Positions 9,470-18,545 of a stretch of DNA of 64,000 bases are shown here, piece by piece. Numbering within the stretch: position 1 is the first letter of the stretch; every line of letters starts with the position of its first letter. The translations under genes were made by a program, and so were the position numbers. The notes below the pieces were generated by a model, which worked only from the letters and a program-made list of their open reading frames with translations, searched no databases and was not told the origin of the DNA. This DNA comes from Syntrophales bacterium (GTDB lineage Bacteria; Desulfobacterota; Syntrophia; Syntrophales; UBA2210): NCBI GenBank assembly GCA_963662405.2, contig CAXXKT010000001.1, forward strand, positions 2,656,001 through 2,720,000, in the 5' to 3' direction.

Positions 9470-9982
9470 ATGTCAAGTAAAAAGTTAACAAAAGGGCAAG
9501 TTCAGGAGATCGTTGATCGAGCTTTAATCGAATTTGACCTGAAAAATGAGCGCGGACTAGCTGATATTCTTGAGATTTCCGAGCAGAACAAGACAAAGAG
9601 AAAAAACAGCGGCTCAATCGTTGGCTTGATTGAAAGGCAAGCTTACCGAAAAGGAAAAGATGTGTCTTTCATCCTCCACGGAATCAGACAGTCACCCTCG
9701 GCTCCTCAAAATGATCTCGATCCCGATCAGCACACATCTCCCGATGTTCCGAAGCTGCTGGCACAAACAACCAAAGTATTGTTATCGAAATCAGAATTTT
9801 CCAAAGCACTTGAAACAAATATTGTCGCATTTGCTCATGCTATTGATGCCATTGAAGACCTAGAGAAGACAAAAACGGATGTGCGCAATTTGACGCTACG
9901 CGTTTCTCAGGTCGAAAAACTACTTCTGGAAAGACAGGAGGATTGTGAGGAGAACGAAACCACTGGCGGTCAACCACAATAG
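9470..9982 (+). CDS. CI-like repressor (HTH + coiled coil, no obvious S24 peptidase)
   Basis: LKNERGLADILEISEQN..KRKNSGSI HTH; divergent from the Cro-like gene. Confidence 0.6.
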   Translation: MSSKKLTKGQVQEIVDRALIEFDLKNERGLADILEISEQNKTKRKNSGSIVGLIERQAYRKGKDVSFILHGIRQSPSAPQNDLDPDQHTSPDVPKLLAQTTKVLLSKSEFSKALETNIVAFAHAIDAIEDLEKTKTDVRNLTLRVSQVEKLLLERQEDCEENETTGGQPQ

Positions 9983-9987
9983 CTGTA

Positions 9988-10794
9988 TTGTGTATCATCC
10001 GTTTCATATCATTTAATCCTTACGAAAGGACAGGACTGTTGGGAAGGGGAATATTAAAATATTTTGGCCTAGCAGTGAGCATCATCATAGCAACTATCGC
10101 CATCATAGCAATAGGTGGTAGCGTTCATGTTCATTACCAAAAATCAATGATTCTCAGGCAAAACTATGCTGAGTTAAAACGTCACTATGCTGACAACAAC
10201 ACACAGGAATTCATCAAAGCGCTCACCTTCTTCCAGAGCAGAAACAAGCTCGACTATAAAGACGTGATACAGCTCAAACAAAATGTTGAAAGCAACCTTA
10301 ATCAAAAGATATCCACTCTCACAGAAAAAGACACACGTAAGAAAATAAACATTTACATTCAATTGTCACAGCTTGATCCCAGCAACAAAGCCTACTCCTC
10401 TATGGAAAGATATTTTCAGGCGGAACTGGCAAGACAAAATGCAGAAAAGGCACGGATGTTACAAAGGAAAGAGGAGATTGAGAGATCAAAAATCACCAAT
10501 GATCTCAAAAGATATTGGGATCTCTTGGAACAGTTGAAAGTAATTCCAACGTTAGTGAGAAAAATAGAAGGTGAGTCTGTTGGTGGTCAGGTAATAATTA
10601 CCGTTACCAACCCTTGGCACTACAAACCATACCAAGTCCGTCTACAAATGGCGCAGGGTCTTTGGGAAAAATGGGCCGGGATTCATTCGCCATCTAATCG
10701 AGATCGATCAAGGATAAAAATAGTTGATCTTCGTGGCAACGATGTTGGGGGGTCTGGTTGGCTGGGAGGATCATTGATAAAAGTAAAAGAATGA
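9988..10794 (+). CDS. Membrane-anchored hypothetical protein (lysogenic module)
   Basis: N-terminal TM helix, AT-rich, between repressor and integrase; start uncertain. Confidence 0.6.
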   Translation: MCIIRFISFNPYERTGLLGRGILKYFGLAVSIIIATIAIIAIGGSVHVHYQKSMILRQNYAELKRHYADNNTQEFIKALTFFQSRNKLDYKDVIQLKQNVESNLNQKISTLTEKDTRKKINIYIQLSQLDPSNKAYSSMERYFQAELARQNAEKARMLQRKEEIERSKITNDLKRYWDLLEQLKVIPTLVRKIEGESVGGQVIITVTNPWHYKPYQVRLQMAQGLWEKWAGIHSPSNRDRSRIKIVDLRGNDVGGSGWLGGSLIKVKE

Positions 10795-10861
10795 AACAAA
10801 GGCCTGGGTCCGATTTGCTCAGAAATGAGTTGAGCGATTAGAGAATACAGGAAGGGTTACA

Positions 10862-11983
10862 ATGTCAGTCCGGCAAATTGCCGAAGATAAATACATCATC
10901 GATTATTACCCGGACGGCCGGAAGGGGAAACGGGTTAGGAAGGTCTACACGTTGCCATCCCGCGAAGTCGCGGAAGCGATAGAGCGAGACCTGGTATCCC
11001 TGAATAAAAATAGCAAAACCTCTCAATCAGCGGGTCAGGCTACCATCGACAGTTTGTTTCCGACTTACCTGAAATGGTGTGAACAGCACAAACGTGAAAC
11101 AACAGTCACCGACATTGAAAGTGTATATACAAATCACATATCCCGAGTTTTGGGGGCTGTGACCGTTGAAAAATTGAGGGTAGGGCACATCAATATATAC
11201 AAGCGAATGCGGGCCGGAGAGAAAGCAATCCGGGGCGGGAAAATCAAGGGCATAAAAAGAGCCACTATGGTTTCAAACCGCACGATAATGAAGGAACTCT
11301 CATATCTGGCCAGTTTTCTCAAGTGGTGTCGGCGGGATATGGAAATGGAGATCAAACCGCTCTATATCGAAAAGCTCCCTCATGCCCGGCCGAAACCAAT
11401 TGTTCTATCACCGGAGGAAGTAGGGTCGATCTTGGTAAACCTGACGCCACTCCCGCGCGCCGTGGTCATGCTCCTCTATACCATGGGGCTCCGATTGACC
11501 GAGGCCACCTGCCTACGGTGGGAGGATGTGGACTTTTCAAATAACGTGCTCCGGGTAGTTCAGAAGGGAGGGACATGGAAGATCCTCCCCATGAACAAGT
11601 GGGCTGTTTGCGCCTTGCAGGGACTCCCACGATTGGGTGACTGGGTTTTTTACAGCCCAAGAACAAAGACACACATCTATGATATACGGAAGCCACTTGA
11701 GTCGGCACGGAAGGCTGCCGGGATAGACAAGAAGGTGAACCACCACCTTTTTCGACATTCGATAGCGACGCACCTTATGGGACTCAATGTCCAGACTCGG
11801 CTTATTCAGGAATATCTTGGTCATGCTGAGATAGGATCAACAGATTGGTACATGCATGTCAACATGGCGATTCTCGCAGGCGCAACACGTGGAGCATTTG
11901 ATTTTCTGGACGGCATACCTGGGCTTGCGGGGATGCTGACTACACAAAGCTTAGTAATTTCTGATATTTCTGAAGCAAAATGA
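10862..11983 (+). CDS. int: Tyrosine integrase of prophage A
   Basis: GLRLTEA (R), HLFRH, LGHA...TDWY catalytic residues; next to the att repeat. Confidence 0.93.
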   Translation: MSVRQIAEDKYIIDYYPDGRKGKRVRKVYTLPSREVAEAIERDLVSLNKNSKTSQSAGQATIDSLFPTYLKWCEQHKRETTVTDIESVYTNHISRVLGAVTVEKLRVGHINIYKRMRAGEKAIRGGKIKGIKRATMVSNRTIMKELSYLASFLKWCRRDMEMEIKPLYIEKLPHARPKPIVLSPEEVGSILVNLTPLPRAVVMLLYTMGLRLTEATCLRWEDVDFSNNVLRVVQKGGTWKILPMNKWAVCALQGLPRLGDWVFYSPRTKTHIYDIRKPLESARKAAGIDKKVNHHLFRHSIATHLMGLNVQTRLIQEYLGHAEIGSTDWYMHVNMAILAGATRGAFDFLDGIPGLAGMLTTQSLVISDISEAK

Positions 11984-12025
11984 CTACAGACCGCAAAATA
12001 GAATAATAATATCATATGTTATCTG

Positions 12026-12074
12026 GGGACTTCTAATCCGTAGGTCCCGGGTTCGAATCCCTGCTGGCGTACCA
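12026..12074 (+). repeat. att core, 3' half of tRNA-Arg(TCT); right junction of A and left junction of B
   Basis: GGGACTTCTAATCCGTAGGTCCCGGGTTCGAATCCCTGCTGGCGTACCA, identical to 31234-31282; anticodon loop CTTCTAA; no 5' half. Confidence 0.92.
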
Positions 12075-12076
12075 AT

Positions 12077-12119
12077 AAAAATAAGGAGTTAGGCGAATTG
12101 CTTAGCTTCTTATTTTTTT
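12077..12119 (+). terminator. Terminator hairpin after the tRNA 3' end
   Basis: AAAAATAAGGAGTTAGGC-gaatt-GCTTAGCTTCTTATTTTTTT. Confidence 0.65.
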
Positions 12120-12415
12120 CTGTGCTACCCTATTGCTACCCAAACAAAAAGGCTCCTGACCTTCAATAGTATCCCGGACTTTTTTAAGATACCCTTCCAG
12201 ACGATCAAGTTGCTCTTCCATAAAAGCAAGAATGCACAGGGTTCTATGCGTTCGCTCTAACGGTGAGGGGTCAAAGATTCCGAAGTTAAGATCATGAAGA
12301 GTACTCACCAAGGCCTTCACAGGTTCTACCCCCCCCACATCAAGGCTTCTTCGATCCCGTCGCTATCGACTTCCAACCTCTCCAGATCCAATGAATTGAC
12401 TTTCTTCTTGTTCAT
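12102..12415 (-). pseudogene. Small gene frameshifted at a G8 tract
   Basis: RBS GGAGG + ATG 12415 reads 29 aa to TAG just after G8 (12329-12336); G6 or G9 would join it to the downstream ORF 12102-12338. Confidence 0.5.
12122..12141 (+). repeat. Integrase arm-type repeat, left end of B
   Basis: GTGCTACCCTATTGCTACCC, identical to 31088-31107. Confidence 0.75.
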
Positions 12416-12575
12416 AACTCATACCTCCGCCGTCCAAAAATATACAGAAGTTGTTTGAACCGTTTCATGTGTCCTTTCTCTCCAAATCCCGGCTCCGGGA
12501 TCTTCTCAAAAATACCAGGATCAATCTCAACAGAAAGCAAAAAACTAGGTGCTTTTAGCCCTACCGTGGTTTTTC

Positions 12576-12727
12576 TTGACATAATATCTTCATGGGGTTA
12601 GTAGGTTATCAGTTTCGTGATTTGAGGAATATTAAATGTATTTTTGAACAGCTTTAGTGTGGGGGGATTATGGTCTGATCATCAAAGCCCTGTTTCTCAA
12701 ATTGAGAGATGGGGTTTTTATTTTTTG
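12576..12727 (+). promoter_or_regulatory. Promoter-leader-terminator element, copy 1 (ahead of array 1)
   Basis: TTGACA-N17-TA...GATTATGGTCTGA...AAGCCCTGTTTCTC/GAGAGATGGGGTTT + T tract. Confidence 0.7.
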
Positions 12728-12794
12728 TCATTGGATAGATTGAAAAGTTAAAACGGCGAAACAAAATTAATACGGGATGTCCTTGGTTATTAGG

Positions 12795-12815
12795 ATCCCA
12801 TAAACATTGTTGGGC
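12795..12815 (+). other. attI-like site 1
   Basis: CCCATAAACATT-G|TTGGGC; TTGGGC complements GCCCAA of the first attC; resembles attI1 CCCTAAAACAAAGTT. Confidence 0.7.
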
Positions 12816-12831
12816 ATGGAAGAGAAGAATT

Positions 12832-13269
12832 ATGATTGAGCACATCTTAATGGCCTTCATGTGGGTGCTCATCCCGGCCACACTCATCGCCACCCTCGTT
12901 CAAAGCGTACCTTGGACGGACAGAATGAAGAAGAACCTCCTGATGTTCTGTTTCATCCACCCTGGTTGGCTTTTCCCCGTAATCTTCCTTTCGGCTATAC
13001 ATATCGGTGGCTACGCAAGAACGGAGATATCCCCCATTCCGTGGCGCTCATTTTCACATGAACTCATGCTACACGACTTCGGTTCGGCTTGCTTCTCCTT
13101 CGCCACCGTGTCGACTGTCTCGTTGTGGTGCTTCTGGACGGGGGCAAACGCGTGGTTTCTTCATCACCCACAGATGGACAAAACGAAGAGGGTTATGGCG
13201 CATGTAATCAACTTGCTCTTCGGGCTCATTGTGACACAACCCGATAACCCGATTTACAGAATACTATAA
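12832..13269 (+). CDS. Cassette 1: small multi-pass membrane protein
   Basis: About 4 hydrophobic segments; followed by attC. Confidence 0.75.
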   Translation: MIEHILMAFMWVLIPATLIATLVQSVPWTDRMKKNLLMFCFIHPGWLFPVIFLSAIHIGGYARTEISPIPWRSFSHELMLHDFGSACFSFATVSTVSLWCFWTGANAWFLHHPQMDKTKRVMAHVINLLFGLIVTQPDNPIYRIL

Positions 13270-13271
13270 AT

Positions 13272-13330
13272 GCCCAACAACAGGCTTGACGGCACGCGAT
13301 AAACCGCGCCCGTCAACCTGAGCGTTAAAG
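13272..13330 (+). repeat. attC site 1 (59 bp)
   Basis: GCCCAAC...imperfect palindrome...GTTAAAG. Confidence 0.88.
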
Positions 13331-13349
13331 CTATAAGGAACAAGATGAT

Positions 13350-14102
13350 ATGAAGAGTCTTGGAGAACTCAATTTCTTGGAATACTTGGGACATGAGGAG
13401 CGTAACCTATTGAGCAGCATTGTCAACTGGAAGTCGGAATTCGACCTATTTTTCAATCTGGACAGAATATTTCAAGAACCACTCCGACGAATAACTGTGT
13501 CTTCTGGACCAGTGATTGTTTCCCAATTGTATCTATTTGTTCACTTTTATCTTTACTTTTCGGCAAGTTGTCTCTTTCGATGCCATCTTTCGGAGGCCTT
13601 TTCCTCCTTGAGAAAGGCCATTGATGCTTCTCTCTGTGCCTATAAGATGATTCTAAACCCAGAGAGCGAGCGCGCCTATTTAGAGCGGGACAAGTATTTT
13701 CAGTATATTAAGTCGAACATTCAAAGAGAAATCAAGAAAGATACATCCCTCTACCCTCTCGCCCACGAACTGATCTCCATTCATGACATGTGCAGCGAGT
13801 ATGGGTCGCACTCTGACATTAGCTCGTTTTTTCATCGGCTGGAACGGAAAGAAACAGAAGACGAAAAGAGCAACATGATCTTACTGTACTATTTTCAGTT
13901 TCCGAGAAACGAGGAAGAATTTCGATTCTACTACCTTTCCATGCTTCAGGCCTTCTACTCCATGTTCCTAATCTTTAAGCCATTCCTAAACGAGAACCTG
14001 AAAATAATAGACCCAAAGTGGGAATCAACTATTGATCATCTTGGTCCTTTGCTCAACAAACTAAGGAAGGCAAGCTATGAGAAATTCGGGAAGAACCCCT
14101 AA
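13350..14102 (+). CDS. Cassette 2: all-helical protein, DUF5677/HEPN-like
   Basis: EAFSSLRKAID and HDMCSEYGSH motifs. Confidence 0.55.
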   Translation: MKSLGELNFLEYLGHEERNLLSSIVNWKSEFDLFFNLDRIFQEPLRRITVSSGPVIVSQLYLFVHFYLYFSASCLFRCHLSEAFSSLRKAIDASLCAYKMILNPESERAYLERDKYFQYIKSNIQREIKKDTSLYPLAHELISIHDMCSEYGSHSDISSFFHRLERKETEDEKSNMILLYYFQFPRNEEEFRFYYLSMLQAFYSMFLIFKPFLNENLKIIDPKWESTIDHLGPLLNKLRKASYEKFGKNP

Positions 14103-14164
14103 CCAGTCGTTCCACCGGATCGGCGGGGAAAAGCAATCGCCTCCCGGTGAGCTCTTTATTAGCA
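14097..14164 (+). repeat. attC site 2 (core degenerate, ATT instead of GTT)
   Basis: CCCTAAC...CACCGG/CCGGTG stem...ATTAGCA; TTAGCA complements TGCTAA of the next attC. Confidence 0.75.
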
Positions 14165-14183
14165 AATTTAATGGAGTAGCAAA

Positions 14184-14864
14184 ATGATATGCCCACACTG
14201 CAATTGCAACTTTTGGGAAGACTGGACTGATTCAGATACACTTGTTTGGAATGATGAGAACATAGGGCAAGGTATCCAACATACTGCTTGCCCAAATTGT
14301 AATAGGCTCATTGTTAAAGTATATGAAGGAAAGGTTAATGTTCATGGTGAAGTGTTTGAAATAAATGATGATGACGAGTTGCCAGTTGATTATAGCGAGT
14401 TTTTGGTTTATCCGAATCAATCCAAATTAGAGCTTCCTGAAGAAATCCCGGAAAAATATAAAGCGGATTATATTGAAGCCATGGCCGTTGTTGAAATTAG
14501 CCCAAAGGCATCAGCCGCAATCAGTCGGCGTCTTTTGCAGAACCTCTTACAAGATGAGTTGGGAATTAAAGGGACAAATCTTTCAAGGCAAATCGATACA
14601 TTTTTAGAAACGCCCAACATACCTTCCCATCTGTCTAAATCTGTTGATGCTATCAGAAATATAGGGAATTTTGCTGCGCATCCGAATAAAGAAACAAAAA
14701 CTGGGGAACTAATCAACGTTGAACCAGGCGAGGCCGATTGGTTGCTTGAAGTTCTCTTATCTCTATTTGATTTTCAATTTATTCAACCAAAGAGAATTGA
14801 AAAGAGACGGAATGATTTAAACACAAAGCTGAGAAGCATGGGAAAACCCGAAATGAAGGGATAG
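14184..14864 (+). CDS. Cassette 3: DUF4145 (HEPN-like) protein with N-terminal Zn ribbon
   Basis: CPHC...CPNC; SPKASAAISRRLLQ; IRNIGNFAAH. Confidence 0.85.
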   Translation: MICPHCNCNFWEDWTDSDTLVWNDENIGQGIQHTACPNCNRLIVKVYEGKVNVHGEVFEINDDDELPVDYSEFLVYPNQSKLELPEEIPEKYKADYIEAMAVVEISPKASAAISRRLLQNLLQDELGIKGTNLSRQIDTFLETPNIPSHLSKSVDAIRNIGNFAAHPNKETKTGELINVEPGEADWLLEVLLSLFDFQFIQPKRIEKRRNDLNTKLRSMGKPEMKG

Positions 14865-14868
14865 TTTT

Positions 14869-14964
14869 TGCTAACCTAGCACTTCAAAAGAAAGCGAGGG
14901 CGGGGCGACCGTGCAAAATTGAATATCTGTATCGCCCTGACTTCTGGTGAGTTTACTGTTCGCA
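14869..14964 (+). repeat. attC site 3 (96 bp)
   Basis: TGCTAAC...GTTCGCA; stem partly degenerate. Confidence 0.65.
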
Positions 14965-14980
14965 GGAAAAGGTAACAAAA

Positions 14981-15700
14981 ATGTCTAGATTTTTAACAAC
15001 ATTTAGAGAACTTGAAAAAATTATACATTCTGAATACGCTTCTTTAGATTTAAAATGCTGGGAAGAGTATGAAATAGATAAAAAACATCCGCTTACATTT
15101 TTTACTGAAGAGATAAGAGATATTAGTCCAATTAATCCTTTTAATTGGTATGAATTTATCACAGAAATTGAATTCCTAAGTAAAGATTTAAAGTATTATA
15201 CGACTATTCTCTTTCTTTTAAGACCTTTTATAAATAACCCTTTACGAGAAGATAAAACATACTATCAAACGATTGAAGATAACAGATACATGAGTTATGT
15301 TAGTATGCTTTATCAGATTATTTATAATTATTGGGATAGACTGGGTGATTTTTTATTTTACTTCATTGAAACAGGGCTGAAGGAAAGAAATGTGTATTTC
15401 TCCACCGTAATAACAAGTATTTCCGAGGATTTTAAAGAATCAGTTAATTACCAAAAATTGTTGAAAATATATGTTGAGTATCTGAAAGAGCTTTTTGACA
15501 ATAGAAAAAACATTGTACATTACTTACAAATATCTGCAAAAATGTTTTCTGGAACATTTCTTCATCATAACGATGAAAAGAAACTTCTTGAAATGGAAAA
15601 AGAGAAAAACGGATATCCTGATTTTTTTCAAAAACACTTGGAACTAAGTTTGGAAGGATTTGAGTATTCTGTTAAACTTGTCAGTGAGTCGAAGACGTAG
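14981..15700 (+). CDS. Cassette 4: Cthe_2314-like HEPN protein
   Basis: YNYWDRLGDFL and NRKNIVH (RxxxxH). Confidence 0.75.
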   Translation: MSRFLTTFRELEKIIHSEYASLDLKCWEEYEIDKKHPLTFFTEEIRDISPINPFNWYEFITEIEFLSKDLKYYTTILFLLRPFINNPLREDKTYYQTIEDNRYMSYVSMLYQIIYNYWDRLGDFLFYFIETGLKERNVYFSTVITSISEDFKESVNYQKLLKIYVEYLKELFDNRKNIVHYLQISAKMFSGTFLHHNDEKKLLEMEKEKNGYPDFFQKHLELSLEGFEYSVKLVSESKT

Positions 15701-15712
15701 ATTTTGATTGCC

Positions 15713-15767
15713 TGCTAACCACAAAATTCGGGGGACGGATTCCCGCCCCTGATTTTAGGCGTTGCTG
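15713..15767 (+). repeat. attC site 4 (55 bp), last of array 1
   Basis: TGCTAAC-CACAAAATTCGGGGGACGG...CCGCCCCTGATTTTAGGC-GTTGCTG. Confidence 0.82.
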
Positions 15768-15806
15768 ATTACCAATTGATCTTGCCCCGAAAAAGTGGAC
15801 ACCCCA

Positions 15807-16655
15807 CTAAGTTACACACGCTTTTCGTTCAAACTCAGCGGGAGAGCAATAATTCAATGATGAATGTCTTCTAACGCAATTATAGAAAACTTCGATATAT
15901 TCGAATATGCTCCCGCGAGCTTCCTGTCTTGTCTGATACTTCTCAAAATAAACAAGCTCCGTCTTTAAGGTATGGAAAAACGATTCCATAAGAGCATTGT
16001 CGTAACAATTCCCCGAAGAGTTCATGCTCTGAATAAAACCATATTTCTCCATCAGCCCCTGAAAAGCATAGCTGGTATATTGAGTTCCACGATCTGAATG
16101 AAACATAACACCAGCTTTGGGTCGCCGCTGCCTGATCGCCTTGTGCAAGGCATCTGCAAGAATCTTATGACTCAATCTGTTATCCATCGACCATCCAATA
16201 ATCTTACGATTGAAAACATCCAGGATCGCTGCCAGATAAAGCCAACCCTCTCTCGTCCAAATAAGGGTAATATCAGAAACCCACACCTTGTTGGCCACAT
16301 CTGTCGAAAATCTCCGATTTAAAAGATTATCCGCCACTAAAAACTCATGCTTGGATTTTTTGGTGGCCTTGAACCTGCGTTTCGTCTTTGCCTTAATCCC
16401 ATGACTCTTCATCAGGTGAGCCACTCGTTTCCTGCTACACTTAATCCCGTGGGCCTGAAGTTCCGCTGTCACCCTCGGGCTACCATATGTGCCGCGACCC
16501 TTTATGAAAGCGTCCCGAATATACATCAGCAACCGCTCATTCTCTCTCTGGCGGTCACTCTTGCTGTGTTTCCCCCATATGTAATAACCGCTCCTGGATA
16601 CCCCCAGCACTCGGCACATCTTCTTCACCGAAAATTCGGAACGGTGATTTTCCAT
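15807..16655 (-). CDS. IS3 transposase OrfB (DDE)
   Basis: WVSDIT, HSDRGTQY, DNALMESFF; in -1 frame after the A7G slippery site near 16699-16706. Confidence 0.93.
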   Translation of the reverse strand: MENHRSEFSVKKMCRVLGVSRSGYYIWGKHSKSDRQRENERLLMYIRDAFIKGRGTYGSPRVTAELQAHGIKCSRKRVAHLMKSHGIKAKTKRRFKATKKSKHEFLVADNLLNRRFSTDVANKVWVSDITLIWTREGWLYLAAILDVFNRKIIGWSMDNRLSHKILADALHKAIRQRRPKAGVMFHSDRGTQYTSYAFQGLMEKYGFIQSMNSSGNCYDNALMESFFHTLKTELVYFEKYQTRQEARGSIFEYIEVFYNCVRRHSSLNYCSPAEFERKACVT

Positions 16656-16666
16656 GAACTCATACT

Positions 16667-16969
16667 TTACTTTGGGTGTTTCGAGAAGATGGCCAACGCT
16701 TTTTTTAAGATTTCCCTCTCCTCCCTTAAGCTCTCATTCTCCCGCCGCAACCGACGAAGTTCCTCCTCAGGTGCCTTCAAATGACCTTTCCCGGGAAAAG
16801 CTTGCTCCATGTCCGCCCGATATTTACGCCTCCACTGATGAAGCAGGTTTTTATGAACATTCAAATCCTTAGCTAGATCACTTACAGAACGTTTACCTTC
16901 ATCCATTAACCGAATCGCCTCATACTTAAACTCCCGATCAAAATACCGCTTATCCTTCCCATTAACCAT
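16667..16969 (-). CDS. IS3 transposase OrfA
   Basis: FDREFKYEA...HTH...EREILKKA; RBS GAGGAGG. Confidence 0.9.
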   Translation of the reverse strand: MVNGKDKRYFDREFKYEAIRLMDEGKRSVSDLAKDLNVHKNLLHQWRRKYRADMEQAFPGKGHLKAPEEELRRLRRENESLREEREILKKALAIFSKHPK

Positions 16970-17220
16970 GACATGCCTCCTCGTTACTCTATGTCTATAA
17001 GAGAAACTCTTCGGTATGTCCACTAAATCGGGGGAAGACCAAATAGTAATCTGCTACGAACAGGCCCATTCAAGTTTTGTTTGTTACAGGAAGAATCGCG
17101 CAGCAAAAGTATTTCTTGGACACTCCTACGGCGATCCTTCCACTCTTCACCTACAAACACTCAGAACAATGCCATAAGAAATTCATTGATTACTGATTGA
17201 AGGTTTCGCAGTGAAATCTC

Positions 17221-17368
17221 TTGACAATACGTCATCATAGAGTTACCTAAATCGTGGTTTTGATCTTGACATTTTTTATGCTTGTGCTGGCTGTACCAAT
17301 TAGGATTATGATCTGATCATTGAAAGCCCTGTTTCTCAAAAAGAGAGATGGGGCTTTTTTGTTTTTTT
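17221..17368 (+). promoter_or_regulatory. Promoter-leader-terminator element, copy 2 (ahead of array 2)
   Basis: TTGACA-N17-TA...GATTATGATCTGA...AAAGCCCTGTTTCTC/GAGAGATGGGGCTTT + T tract. Confidence 0.7.
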
Positions 17369-17556
17369 GGGCAACTTAGAAAATATCGGGGTTACGTGAA
17401 CGCGGAAAAGAGTATTACATAGTTTCTGTATAACACACCTCAATAAACGAAGGTTTTCATAATAATCTTTGTATTACAGTAAGTTGTAATGATTTTTTCC
17501 GCAATTGAAATATGTATTACGTAGCTGTTTCAGCTATGTTTGGTTTTTATACAGAA

Positions 17557-17578
17557 ACAATATAAACACTGTTGCTGC
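17557..17578 (+). other. attI-like site 2
   Basis: AATATAAACACT-G|TTGCTGC; shares ATAAACAYTG with site 1; GTTGCTGC nearly complements GCAGCTAAC of attC5. Confidence 0.68.
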
Positions 17579-17591
17579 ATAAGGAGTGACC

Positions 17592-18479
17592 ATGAAAATC
17601 CCCGTAAGCATAGAACCCGATGAAGAAGGTTATATTGGAAGAGAATGTCCAGTTTGTAAGAAATATTTTAAAGTTAAATTCGGTACTGGGTTGCATGGAG
17701 TGACTGATTGCTATTGCCCATATTGTAATCATAAAGATTCGCAAGATAATTTTTGGACAAGACAACAGATTGAATATGCAAAATCGATAGCCCTTAATCA
17801 AGTCACCAGTGATCTCCTGAAGAGCCTAAAAAAGTTAGAGCGTAGACCAAAACCAAATCAACTTATTTCTATCGGTATAACTGTCAAAGGACAACCAACA
17901 CCGATTATTTACTATTCCGAAGAAGAACTAGAGCAGAAGGTCACGTGTAATCAGTGTACTTTAGAATATGCTATTTATGGAGCATTTGGTTATTGCCCTG
18001 ATTGTGGCATTCATAATTCAAAGCAAATTGTATCTGCAAACTTTGATCTCATATTAAGAATTTTGGCATTATCAGTTAATGCGGAAGGTGACATCAAATC
18101 AAAGTTAATCGAAAACTCTCTAGAAGATGCAGTATCAGCCTTCGACGGTTTTGGCCGTGAACATTACTCAAGTGCATACCCCCAAATATCATTTCAAAGT
18201 ATATCGTTTGCTCAGACAAAAATTCTAACTGATTCCCAGGTTGATATATCTTCTGGCTTGTCTCCAAAGGAATGGGATTTTGTAGTGGAGCAATTTCAGA
18301 AAAGGCACTTGATAGCACACAAAATGGGTATAATCGATGACGAGTTTATAAGAAAAACTGGAACATCATCTTCTTTGGTTGGTAGGAAGGTTTCAATTAC
18401 AGAAGAAGATGTCCGAAAATTTATTTCTTATTTGTTGGTCATAACAGATAATTTACTTACAGGTATTCCACGCAGCTAA
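17592..18479 (+). CDS. Cassette 5: multi-CxxC Zn-binding protein with C-terminal HEPN-like motif
   Basis: CPVC, CPYC, CNQC, CPDC; KRHLIAH (RxxxxH); RBS TAAGGAG. Confidence 0.7.
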   Translation: MKIPVSIEPDEEGYIGRECPVCKKYFKVKFGTGLHGVTDCYCPYCNHKDSQDNFWTRQQIEYAKSIALNQVTSDLLKSLKKLERRPKPNQLISIGITVKGQPTPIIYYSEEELEQKVTCNQCTLEYAIYGAFGYCPDCGIHNSKQIVSANFDLILRILALSVNAEGDIKSKLIENSLEDAVSAFDGFGREHYSSAYPQISFQSISFAQTKILTDSQVDISSGLSPKEWDFVVEQFQKRHLIAHKMGIIDDEFIRKTGTSSSLVGRKVSITEEDVRKFISYLLVITDNLLTGIPRS

Positions 18480-18532
18480 CAACAGCATCCAGACCGACGC
18501 GCTACGTGCGCGGCTGATGCTGAGCGTTCGGT
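18474..18532 (+). repeat. attC site 5 (59 bp)
   Basis: AGCTAAC-AACAGCATCCAG...CTGATGCTGAGC-GTTCGGT. Confidence 0.88.
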
Positions 18533-18545
18533 TTAGATAAAAACT

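Larger units (their letters stand above)
1..12074. mobile_element. Prophage A, right-hand part (packaging start, replication, early genes, lysogeny module, integrase); continues beyond the left edge
   Basis: Phage-type gene order: ParB/methylase, cos-like site, primase, methylase, DUF3850, Cro/CI-like divergent pair, integrase, then a tRNA-Arg 3' fragment. Confidence 0.9.
15777..17041 (-). mobile_element. IS3-family insertion sequence (1265 bp)
   Basis: Ends TG...CA; IRs TGATCTTGCCCCGAAAAAGTGGACA / TGGTCTTCCCCCGATTTAGTGGACA; 3-bp target duplication AAT. Confidence 0.93.
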
